Shown piece after piece: positions 1 through 7,056 of a stretch of 49,410 nucleotides of DNA. The notes below the pieces were generated by a model that worked only from the letters and a program-made list of their open reading frames with translations, was not told where the DNA came from and searched no databases. A program made the position numbers and the translations under genes. Source of the DNA: Flavobacteriaceae bacterium (GTDB lineage: Bacteria > Bacteroidota > Bacteroidia > Flavobacteriales > Flavobacteriaceae); the NCBI GenBank assembly GCA_013043825.1, contig JABDNM010000214.1, positions 1 through 49,410 of the forward strand, in the 5' to 3' direction. The stretch's first letter is position 1. Each line of letters opens with the position of its first letter.

Positions 1-71
1 TCTCTAAACTTACCAAGGACTTGAATGTACCTGGAAGTGAAGAACTGAAGAATGTTGAAAAGAAAAATTAG
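1..71 (+). CDS. 3' end of an upstream gene, probably a DUF4252-family protein (partial)
   Basis: The frame from nt 3 reads SKLTKDLNVPGSEELKNVEKKN* with TAG at 69-71, 4 nt before the next ATG. DUF4252 genes commonly occur as tandem paralogs in Bacteroidota, so the family call is an inference. Confidence 0.55.
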   Translation, partial: SKLTKDLNVPGSEELKNVEKKN

Positions 72-75
72 CGAT

Positions 76-621
76 ATGACACTAGTAAAATTCATAACTG
101 CCCTCATTATAGGAATGTTAACCCTGGCTAGCTGTAGTAACGACAAGTCGTTGCAACGCTACCTGGTGGATAAGCAATCGGATGATCGTTATTTAAAAAT
201 CGACCTGGCAACAAGTTTGTTGCAAAGCGATGAAGCGAATTTCACCGAAGAAGAACAGGAAATCCTGAATACCGTAAAAAAGGTCAATGTAGTGGCTTAT
301 CCCATTAAAAATGGAGATATCGCCGAATACCAAACTGAAGTTGCGCGGGTGAATAAGATCATTGGACAGGAAAAGTACAAGACGCTTACTTCCATGAAAT
401 CCAAGGATATGAAATTCACCTTGAAATATATGGGAGAAGAGAAGGCGATCGACGAAGTCATCGTGTTCGTCAATAGTGATGAGAAAGGGTTTGGAGTGTT
501 CCGGCTACTTTGCGATGATATGCGCCCGGACCAGATTCTGAAACTCACGAATTCGATCCAAAAAGGTGATTTGGACGTGTCCAAACTTTCCGGAATTGGT
601 GATATATTCGATCAAATGTAG
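76..621 (+). CDS. DUF4252-family lipoprotein
   Basis: ATG at 76 follows the upstream stop. Signal peptide with lipobox LAS-C; SLQRYLVD...IDEVIVF...GFGVFRL pattern resembles DUF4252. Confidence 0.75.
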   Translation: MTLVKFITALIIGMLTLASCSNDKSLQRYLVDKQSDDRYLKIDLATSLLQSDEANFTEEEQEILNTVKKVNVVAYPIKNGDIAEYQTEVARVNKIIGQEKYKTLTSMKSKDMKFTLKYMGEEKAIDEVIVFVNSDEKGFGVFRLLCDDMRPDQILKLTNSIQKGDLDVSKLSGIGDIFDQM

Positions 622-646
622 TTCATATAACACATTTAAATAGTCG

Positions 647-673
647 AAAAAGCCCCAATTCAGGGGCTTTTTT
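647..673 (+). terminator. Rho-independent terminator (bidirectional type)
   Basis: AAAAAGCCCC-AATTCA-GGGGCTTTTTT, 25 nt after the stop codon. Confidence 0.85.
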
Positions 674-714
674 AATGATTTGTAAGAATTCACTTCTCAA
701 AATGAATGAATTTT

Positions 715-789
715 GTAGGAAATATCATGCAATTAAGCGAAAACACTATTTTCAACCATATGTCTCTAGCAGCTTGATACTTATATTTG
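715..789 (+). promoter_or_regulatory. Cassette 1 control region: 21-bp-period boxes plus Bacteroidota -7 element
   Basis: GTAGGAAAT (715) and AGCGAAAAC (736) are 21 bp apart; TATATTTG at 782-789 matches TAnnTTTG. Confidence 0.6.
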
Positions 790-795
790 GAATAG

Positions 796-916
796 ATTAA
801 ATGATGTCTTTTTTGCCCCAACACAAAAGCAACATTCTTACGGTCCGGAGACCCCTAAATCTCAAAGGGATAGGTCGTAATTTCACAGGCCCCGTCCAAA
901 CGGGGTCTTTTTTTTT
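796..916 (+). ncRNA. Putative small RNA 1 (three hairpins)
   Basis: Hairpin 800-836 with CCCCAA loop; hairpin 838-880 containing the shared core; terminator AGGCCCCGT-CCAA-ACGGGGTCT plus T-run (887-916). The 5' end is estimated from the -7 box. Confidence 0.65.
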
Positions 917-955
917 GTTTCGAACTGTACAAATTTCTGCAGAATTCTACTTTTT

Positions 956-1030
956 GTAGAAAAACTATTGCGCTTCACCGAAAACACAAATTCCAGACCG
1001 GCCCAGGGAAGCCTTTGGTACGCAACTTGA
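956..1030 (+). promoter_or_regulatory. Cassette 2 control region
   Basis: GTAGAAAAA (956) and ACCGAAAAC (977) are 21 bp apart; TGGTACGCAACTTGA (1016-1030) aligns with TGATACTTATATTTG of cassette 1 at the same offset. Confidence 0.5.
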
Positions 1031-1036
1031 GAATAT

Positions 1037-1165
1037 AAGGCCGGAGACTGTTTTTTATCCCCGACCTGAAACAGCGCTCCTATTTCCAGTCCAGAGACCC
1101 CTAGATATAAAGGGATAGGTTGTGAAATATAAACTGGCTTCGAGCGGTGCTCGGGGCCTTTTTTT
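1037..1165 (+). ncRNA. Putative small RNA 2 (paralog of RNA 1)
   Basis: Hairpin 1043-1080 (GGAG/CTCC, CTGTTT/AAACAG) with a CCCC-containing loop; core 1089-1123 is 31/36 identical to 843-878; terminator GGCTTCGAGC-GGT-GCTCGGGGCC plus T7 (1136-1165). Confidence 0.65.
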
Positions 1166-1194
1166 GGTTGAGAGCATTGGAAACGATTGAATTG

Positions 1195-1268
1195 GAAGAT
1201 ATTATGATGCGTCTTGACGAAAACACTATTTCAAGTCGACGGCTTACTAATGTTCCTGTGTATTTTGG
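1195..1268 (+). promoter_or_regulatory. Cassette 3 control region
   Basis: GAAGATATT (1195) and GACGAAAAC (1216) are 21 bp apart; CGAAAACACTATT is identical to cassette 1; an imperfect -7-like TATTTTG lies at 1261-1267. Confidence 0.45.
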
Positions 1269-1273
1269 CAGGG

Positions 1274-1386
1274 AGTTAATTAAGGATTTATTCTCACCAG
1301 AAAAATAAATCCAACTTCGGTGCAAACCTTTTGTGAGGTTCTGGTGCCGAAGCCAGAGGGCCTCGGTTTCCGGGGCCTTCGCTTTT
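1274..1386 (+). ncRNA. Putative small RNA 3 (diverged, same three-hairpin layout)
   Basis: GGATTTATT/AATAAATCC (1284-1312); CTTCGG/CCGAAG with inner AACCT/AGGTT (1315-1352); GC-rich stem 1356-1380 followed by GCTTTT. Its G-U pairs form only on the + strand. Confidence 0.5.
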
Positions 1387-1396
1387 CAAACATTTG

Positions 1397-2740
1397 CTAG
1401 ATTCCTGTATAGTTGCTTGGCGTTATCGCTCGCATCTCTGCTTTGATCGATTCAGGCACGTCCAACTTGTCTATAAAGTCGGCGATCGATTTCTTTGTAA
1501 TGGCTTCATTGGTCCTGGTAAGCCTCAACAGTGCCTCGTACGGATTGGGATGACCCTCGCGTCGTAAAATGGTTTGTAAGGCTTCAGCGACTACGGCCCA
1601 GTTGTTCTCAAGGTCCTCTTCAAATTTCGCCTTGTTGATCAGTAATTTATCCAATCCCTTGAGTGTGGAGTGGAAACCCACCAAAGTATGCCCAATTGGA
1701 ACACCTATGTTTCTAAGTACCGTACTATCGGTTAGATCGCGTTGCAGCCGGCTAATGGGAAGTTTGGCCGCAAGATGTTCGAATAGTGCATTTGCAATTC
1801 CCAGGTTTCCCTCACTGTTTTCAAAATCGATGGGGTTCACTTTGTGTGGCATGGCACTAGATCCAATTTCCCCTTTTTTGATCTTCTGCTTGAAATAATC
1901 CATGGAAACGTAAGTCCAGATATCCCTGTCAAGATCGATTAAAATGGTATTAATGCGTTTCAGGCAATCGAACAAGGCAGCCATGTGATCGTAGTGTTCG
2001 ATCTGCGTAGTAGGAAAAGAATGATGCAAGTACAATTTCTCCTGAACGAACCGGGTTCCAAAAGCCTTCCAATCGATATCTGGATAAGCCACTTTGTGCG
2101 CATTGAAGTTCCCGGTTGCTCCTCCAAACTTAGCAGCACTTTTTATATCATTCAAAAGGTCGAACTGCTCCTCAAGTCGCACCACGAATACTTCGATCTC
2201 TTTACCAAGCCGTGTTGGGGAAGCAGGCTGCCCATGTGTTCTTGCCAGCATGGATACATCCTTCCATTCAACGGACAATTCTTTTAGACGGTCTCTTATT
2301 TTTAGTAATTGCGGAACGTAGACCTCATTCATGGCCTCCTTCAATGATAAAGGAATAGCTGTATTATTGATATCCTGAGAGGTCAACCCAAAATGGATGA
2401 ATTCTTTGTAATTCTGGAGTCCAAGATGGTTAAACTTTTCTTTGATGAAATATTCAACCGCTTTTACGTCATGGTTCGTGGTCTTTTCGGTGTCTTTGAT
2501 ATGTTGGGCATCTTCCGAAGAAAAATTTATATACAAATCCCGAAGTTCCTGAAACAGTTCCCTATTGAAATCCTTCAGCTGGGGTAATGGCAATTCCACC
2601 AAGGCGATGAAATATTCGATCTCTACCTGCACCCGATACCTTATGAGGGCCTCTTCAGAAAAAAAAGGAACTAGATCCTGAGTTTTGGAAGCATAACGTC
2701 CGTCAATAGGAGAGATCGCGCGCAGAGAATAGTTGGCCAT
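1397..2740 (-). CDS. purB: Adenylosuccinate lyase
   Basis: Signature GSSAMPHKVNPIDFENSEGN, plus TNHDVKAVEY and RTHGQPA. ATG at 2740 (MANYSLRAISPIDGRY) is preferred over the track start at 2761. Confidence 0.97.
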   Translation of the reverse strand: MANYSLRAISPIDGRYASKTQDLVPFFSEEALIRYRVQVEIEYFIALVELPLPQLKDFNRELFQELRDLYINFSSEDAQHIKDTEKTTNHDVKAVEYFIKEKFNHLGLQNYKEFIHFGLTSQDINNTAIPLSLKEAMNEVYVPQLLKIRDRLKELSVEWKDVSMLARTHGQPASPTRLGKEIEVFVVRLEEQFDLLNDIKSAAKFGGATGNFNAHKVAYPDIDWKAFGTRFVQEKLYLHHSFPTTQIEHYDHMAALFDCLKRINTILIDLDRDIWTYVSMDYFKQKIKKGEIGSSAMPHKVNPIDFENSEGNLGIANALFEHLAAKLPISRLQRDLTDSTVLRNIGVPIGHTLVGFHSTLKGLDKLLINKAKFEEDLENNWAVVAEALQTILRREGHPNPYEALLRLTRTNEAITKKSIADFIDKLDVPESIKAEMRAITPSNYTGI

Positions 2741-2792
2741 GGTGTTAAATTTGAAAATCAACTTCGCTAAATCGCTTCGACGAAGGAAGAGG

Positions 2793-2800
2793 CAAAGATA
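2793..2800 (-). promoter_or_regulatory. Bacteroidota -7 promoter element for purB
   Basis: The minus strand reads TATCTTTG (TAnnTTTG) about 50 nt upstream of the ATG. Confidence 0.6.
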
Positions 2801-2841
2801 CTATTTTACACACGAATTTCGAAGTACACAGATCGAAGATT

Positions 2842-3414
2842 TCAAGCTCTCAACTTTTCAATAAGTGCCATGGTATGACGCCCTCGTGCTTTATAACCAG
2901 CGCTCCCGTCGTGCATATCCCGTTGCAAGATCTGCAGGAGTTCCGGATGGATCCAAGTAAATTCAGTGCCCAGATGATATAAGGCAGTCATCGCACGAAC
3001 CTTGCAGGCCACTTTCTGTTCTGTGATCAACCAATCGAAGCAGTATTCGGTCATGAGTTCTTTTTGAGCCCTGGTAAACGCATCCCCCAAGATGGGATCC
3101 TTCATCTTGAAACAGGCAATGGAGATAAGCTCACAGATGAACGAGATAGCGCGCAGCACATTATCTTCTTTGGCATGGGGGAGGTGATGGAAGAATTCAG
3201 GCAAATAGGGATACAGCATTTCAAGCTTAAACCGACATACAAATTCCAATCCCCAGAGGGCCTGCATGCGCTTTTCATGGGCCGGATCGAAGGCGATGGA
3301 GACTAAATGCTCCATATATTCGGGATGGTCCATCACCCAATTCGCCACGTTCAGTCGAGATGCACGATAGGGTTTTACATAGTCCAATTGTTTCAGAAAG
3401 CTTTGCTCAGCCAT
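2842..3414 (-). CDS. Conserved hypothetical alpha-helical (ARM/HEAT-like) protein
   Basis: 190-aa ORF with amphipathic helical pattern (CFDWLI...KVACKVRAMTALY); overlaps the cobB stop by 8 nt. Confidence 0.7.
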   Translation of the reverse strand: MAEQSFLKQLDYVKPYRASRLNVANWVMDHPEYMEHLVSIAFDPAHEKRMQALWGLEFVCRFKLEMLYPYLPEFFHHLPHAKEDNVLRAISFICELISIACFKMKDPILGDAFTRAQKELMTEYCFDWLITEQKVACKVRAMTALYHLGTEFTWIHPELLQILQRDMHDGSAGYKARGRHTMALIEKLRA

Positions 3415-4087
3415 ATTCTTTTATTTGCTGAATGGCTTTTGGTACTCCTGTCGTGGCGCGTTCGGGATAAACGAAAATACGCTCGTTCCCGGAAATTGAA
3501 GGATTTGGATCCACGAAGTAGATCTGCGATTGGTAGGATGCATACTGAATGAGACCCGCAGCAGGATAGACCTGCATGGATGTTCCTATGATCAGGATCA
3601 CATCTGAAGCCTGAACAACTTCGATAGCCTGGTCCATTTTCGGTACGGCTTCACCAAACCAAACAATATGAGGCCGGAGTTGGGAGTTGTGTTCACAGAA
3701 ATCACCTACGTTCAAGTCGGTACGCCAATCCATGATAAGGTCTTCATCGAAGGTGCTTCGTACTTTCAGCAATTCACCATGGAGATGCACCACTTGGGAG
3801 CTGCCCGCTCGTTCATGCAAGTCATCCACGTTTTGAGTGATTATCTCGACTTCAAAGTCCTGTTCCAAATCTGCCAAAGCGATGTGAGCGGCATTTGGCT
3901 CCACCTGCAGCAATTGACGCCTCCGCTGATTATAAAAATCCAATACTAACTCGGGGTCATTAGAAAACCCCTGAAGAGAGGCCACTTTCATCACGTCGTG
4001 ACCTTCCCACAGCCCATTACTGTCTCTAAAGGTTTTTAATCCGCTTTCGGCACTCATTCCGGCGCCAGTTAGCACTGCGATTTTCAT
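3407..4087 (-). CDS. cobB: NAD-dependent protein deacylase (Sir2 family, class III-like)
   Basis: Motifs TGAGMSAESG, TFR, ITQNVDDLHERAG, HLHG, RPHIVWFGE and GTS. Confidence 0.93.
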   Translation of the reverse strand: MKIAVLTGAGMSAESGLKTFRDSNGLWEGHDVMKVASLQGFSNDPELVLDFYNQRRRQLLQVEPNAAHIALADLEQDFEVEIITQNVDDLHERAGSSQVVHLHGELLKVRSTFDEDLIMDWRTDLNVGDFCEHNSQLRPHIVWFGEAVPKMDQAIEVVQASDVILIIGTSMQVYPAAGLIQYASYQSQIYFVDPNPSISGNERIFVYPERATTGVPKAIQQIKEYG

Positions 4088-4192
4088 AGAATTTAATTCG
4101 AATATGAATATACAAATAAGCTATAGATTAGTCATTATCCTGAGGTTAATGCAATTTCCATTACTGAATCATTGCTATCTTAGCGCTATCTC

Positions 4193-4861
4193 ATGAATTC
4201 GACCAATACGGAACTTCTCGAACATCTGCTTTCCTACCTTACCGAACGCCGGCGTGAGCTATTCCGGCAGGTGATGGACGAACGCACCTTTCATTTCACC
4301 CTGGCTACCGAGGATGTATACCAGTTGCATAATACTAGTGCGGTGATTCGTAGCTGCGATGTCTTTGGAATTCAGGATGTACACATTATTGAAGAACAAC
4401 TGGGAAAAAAACTGGATAGGGAGATCGCCATGGGCGCCCAAAAATGGGTGAGCGTCCACCGTCATTCCAATTCGAAAGATTGTGTTTCGAAGCTACGAAG
4501 TTCCGGCTATCGAATTATTGCCACAATCCCGCACGGGGAAGCTACACCTCTGGAAGAGTTCGACGTTACCCGTAAAAGTGTATTTTTCTTCGGAAAGGAA
4601 AAAGAAGGCCTCAGCCAGGATGTTTTGGATACGGCAGACGAATTCCTCCAAATACCCATGTTCGGTTTTACCGAAAGCCTGAATATCTCGGTCTCAGCGG
4701 CTATCATTCTACATCATGTGGTTACCCAACTTCGGAAAAGTGAGGTTGATTGGAAATTGAATCCGCAGGAACGATTGGAATTAGAGCTGCATTGGGCTAA
4801 GAGATCGGTAAAAAGTTCGGAAGAGATCATCAAGCGCTTTCTGAACGATAAAAATTCGTAA
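4193..4861 (+). CDS. TrmH/SpoU-family RNA methyltransferase
   Basis: SPOUT motifs HNTSAVIRSCD, FGKEKEGLS and IPMFGFTESLNISVSA. Confidence 0.9.
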   Translation: MNSTNTELLEHLLSYLTERRRELFRQVMDERTFHFTLATEDVYQLHNTSAVIRSCDVFGIQDVHIIEEQLGKKLDREIAMGAQKWVSVHRHSNSKDCVSKLRSSGYRIIATIPHGEATPLEEFDVTRKSVFFFGKEKEGLSQDVLDTADEFLQIPMFGFTESLNISVSAAIILHHVVTQLRKSEVDWKLNPQERLELELHWAKRSVKSSEEIIKRFLNDKNS

Positions 4862-4891
4862 ATTTAGTGGTACAACTAAAACCAACTAGTT

Positions 4892-5419
4892 ATGACAATT
4901 CTCCTCTACGTTTTGGCAGGGATCATCCTGCTAATCATTTTACTCGCACTCATCGCCCCCAAAAAATATGAAGTAAGCAGAAGCATTATTATCAACCGAC
5001 CCGCTCACGAAGTATACGACTATTTGAAATACATTAAAAACCAAGATGAATGGTCTCCCTGGAAGAAGCGAGATCCTAATATGAAGCAGTCGTTTGAAGG
5101 TGAAGATGGCACGGTAGGTTTTATTTCGAAATGGGACAGTGATCATAAACAGGTGGGGTCTGGTGAACAAGAGATCACCAAACTCACGCCCCATTCGCGT
5201 GTCGATTCCGAATTACGCTTTCTAAAACCCTGGAAGAGCCAAAGCGATGCCTACATGATCACTCAAGCTGAAGGGGATAACACCAAAGTGATCTGGGGAT
5301 TTAAAGGTGTAAATAAACCACCTATGAATATTTTCATGTTGTTCTTCAATATGGATAAGGCAGTAGGAAAAGACTTCAATGAAGGACTTTCAAAACTAAA
5401 ATCGGTACTTGAAAATTGA
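4892..5419 (+). CDS. SRPBCC-family protein with N-terminal membrane anchor
   Basis: Hydrophobic N-terminus; VSRSIIINRP...WSPW...DP pattern. Confidence 0.8.
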   Translation: MTILLYVLAGIILLIILLALIAPKKYEVSRSIIINRPAHEVYDYLKYIKNQDEWSPWKKRDPNMKQSFEGEDGTVGFISKWDSDHKQVGSGEQEITKLTPHSRVDSELRFLKPWKSQSDAYMITQAEGDNTKVIWGFKGVNKPPMNIFMLFFNMDKAVGKDFNEGLSKLKSVLEN

Positions 5420-5430
5420 ACAATTGAAAT

Positions 5431-5805
5431 ATGACTAGAAATCCTTTTGCATGGGTTGAAATACCCGTGACCGATATGGACCGGGCCAAGACTTTTTATG
5501 AAAAGGTCTTTCAACTTGAAATCCAGATCGTAGACTTCGGGGGTTTGCTCATGGGCTGGTTCCCCAGTGCGGGAGAAGCGACAGGGGCATCCGGAACGCT
5601 GATCAAACAGGAGAGCTATGTGCCCAGTCACGAGGGCACCCTGGTTTATTTTAGCTCAGACGATGTCCAGCATCAATTGGACCGAATCGATGAGGCTGGC
5701 GGAAAGATCATGCAGCCCAAGACCCAGATTTCGGAAGAATACGGCTATATGGCGGTGTTTGAGGATAGTGAGGGCAACCGGGTAGCCTTGCATTCACAGA
5801 ATTAG
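5431..5805 (+). CDS. VOC (glyoxalase/bleomycin-resistance) family protein
   Basis: WVEIPVTDMDRAKTFY and FEDSEGNRVAL. Confidence 0.88.
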   Translation: MTRNPFAWVEIPVTDMDRAKTFYEKVFQLEIQIVDFGGLLMGWFPSAGEATGASGTLIKQESYVPSHEGTLVYFSSDDVQHQLDRIDEAGGKIMQPKTQISEEYGYMAVFEDSEGNRVALHSQN

Positions 5806-5808
5806 CCT

Positions 5809-6249
5809 ATGCAGTTTGATCCAAAAACTGAAAACTACGGCAATAAAGTCGCCGAAAGCTTCAAGAAACAGGCTTTCATGAAAACCCTTGGGGCGAAACT
5901 AGTAGAAGTTCGTCCGGGTTTTTGTGAGATTCATGTGCCGTTCAGCAAAGCGCTCACTCAACAAAATGGCTATTTCCATGCAGGGGTGATTGCGACCATA
6001 GCCGACAATACTGCCGGTTATGCGGCTTTTTCGCTCATGGAAGCACATTCAGATATTCTTACCGTTGAATTCAAGTTAAATTTTTTATCACCTGGAAAAG
6101 GGGAAATGCTCATAGGTCGAGGAGAAGTGATCAAGAGTGGCAAAACATTAACCATATGTCGAAGCGAACTCTATGTGAAACAGGGTGAGGAGGAGAAGTT
6201 ATGTGCAGCAGGACAGTCTACCTTGATACAAATAAGAAATAGCACTTAA
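5809..6249 (+). CDS. PaaI-family (hotdog-fold) thioesterase
   Basis: QQNGYFHAGVIATIAD and TVEFKLNFLSP. Confidence 0.88.
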   Translation: MQFDPKTENYGNKVAESFKKQAFMKTLGAKLVEVRPGFCEIHVPFSKALTQQNGYFHAGVIATIADNTAGYAAFSLMEAHSDILTVEFKLNFLSPGKGEMLIGRGEVIKSGKTLTICRSELYVKQGEEEKLCAAGQSTLIQIRNST

Positions 6250-6333
6250 ATTGTTTTGTGCCAATCTATTCCAGCCCGAACATATGCATCGCCTCGGCTG
6301 CAGAAGTGATCATAGCCCAATCGAAAATCGAAA

Positions 6334-6915
6334 ATGAAACTAGTCTTTGCCACCCATAACCAGCACAAATTTACCGAGGTCCATGCCTTAATGCCTCCTC
6401 ATATTGAACTTGTAAGCCTAGCCCAAATTGGGTGTTTCGATGATATACCCGAGACTGAGTCCACCATTGAAGGCAACGCGGTACTCAAGGCCCAATTCAT
6501 TAAGAATAAGTACGGTTTAGACTGTTTTGCAGATGACACGGGGTTGGAAGTAGCGGCTTTGGACGGAGCCCCGGGTGTGTACAGTGCGCGTTATGCCGGC
6601 CAAGGTGGTAATTCAGAAGCCAATATCAGGAAATTGCTTGAAAACCTGCATGGACTGGAAAATCGATCGGCACAATTCAAGACGGTGATCGCCCTGAGTC
6701 TGGAAGAGGATCTACATCTTTTCACAGGAATTTGCCAAGGAAATATCACGCAACAACCCCGGGGAGACGGTGGTTTCGGATATGACCCTGTATTTCAGGC
6801 CAAAGGTTCCCATAAAACCTTTGCTGAGATCACTTCCGAAGAAAAAGGGAGGATAGGTCACCGGGGAAAGGCCATCCGGGCACTTGTGGAATACCTTTTT
6901 GAACTTCATGACTAA
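6334..6915 (+). CDS. rdgB: Non-canonical purine NTP pyrophosphatase (HAM1/RdgB)
   Basis: FATHNQHK, ADDTGL, GAPGVYSARY and GFGYDPVF; terminal GHRGKA (SHR-like). Confidence 0.93.
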   Translation: MKLVFATHNQHKFTEVHALMPPHIELVSLAQIGCFDDIPETESTIEGNAVLKAQFIKNKYGLDCFADDTGLEVAALDGAPGVYSARYAGQGGNSEANIRKLLENLHGLENRSAQFKTVIALSLEEDLHLFTGICQGNITQQPRGDGGFGYDPVFQAKGSHKTFAEITSEEKGRIGHRGKAIRALVEYLFELHD

Positions 6916-6953
6916 ATAAATTCAATCCGTTGTTGCTTTAGATTAAATAAAGT

Positions 6954-6961
6954 TATCTTTG
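6954..6961 (+). promoter_or_regulatory. -7 promoter element for the DEAD-box helicase gene
   Basis: TATCTTTG, 95 nt upstream of the ATG at 7057. Confidence 0.6.
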
Positions 6962-7056
6962 CCGCAAATTCCTCAGGGTGAGGAAGTGTTGAAGCAAGAC
7001 TTGTGGGTTAATCGTCGTCGTCTTCATATCAGCACGCGAACGATTAATTATATACA

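Larger units (their letters stand above)
711..1386 (+). repeat. Tandem array of three ~240-bp promoter-sRNA-terminator cassettes
   Basis: CGAAAACAC occurs at 738, 979 and 1218 (spacing 241 and 239). Each copy is followed by a promoter-like element, two hairpins and a terminator-like hairpin. Confidence 0.75.

Noticed and set aside
796-1165. Riboswitch interpretation of the structured RNAs
   Set aside because: No same-strand CDS lies downstream; the next gene (purB) is convergent, so cis control of a coding gene is unlikely.
1101-1325. 74-aa minus-strand ORF (and 505-693) within or near the array
   Set aside because: They cross terminators and cassette boundaries, are not repeated in the other units, and show no recognisable protein features.
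711-1386. CRISPR array or type III toxin-antitoxin repeat interpretation of the periodic region
   Set aside because: The period is about 240 bp and the units are only partly similar, each with its own terminator-like stem. There are no identical 25-45-bp repeats with unique spacers, and no cas or toxin gene nearby.
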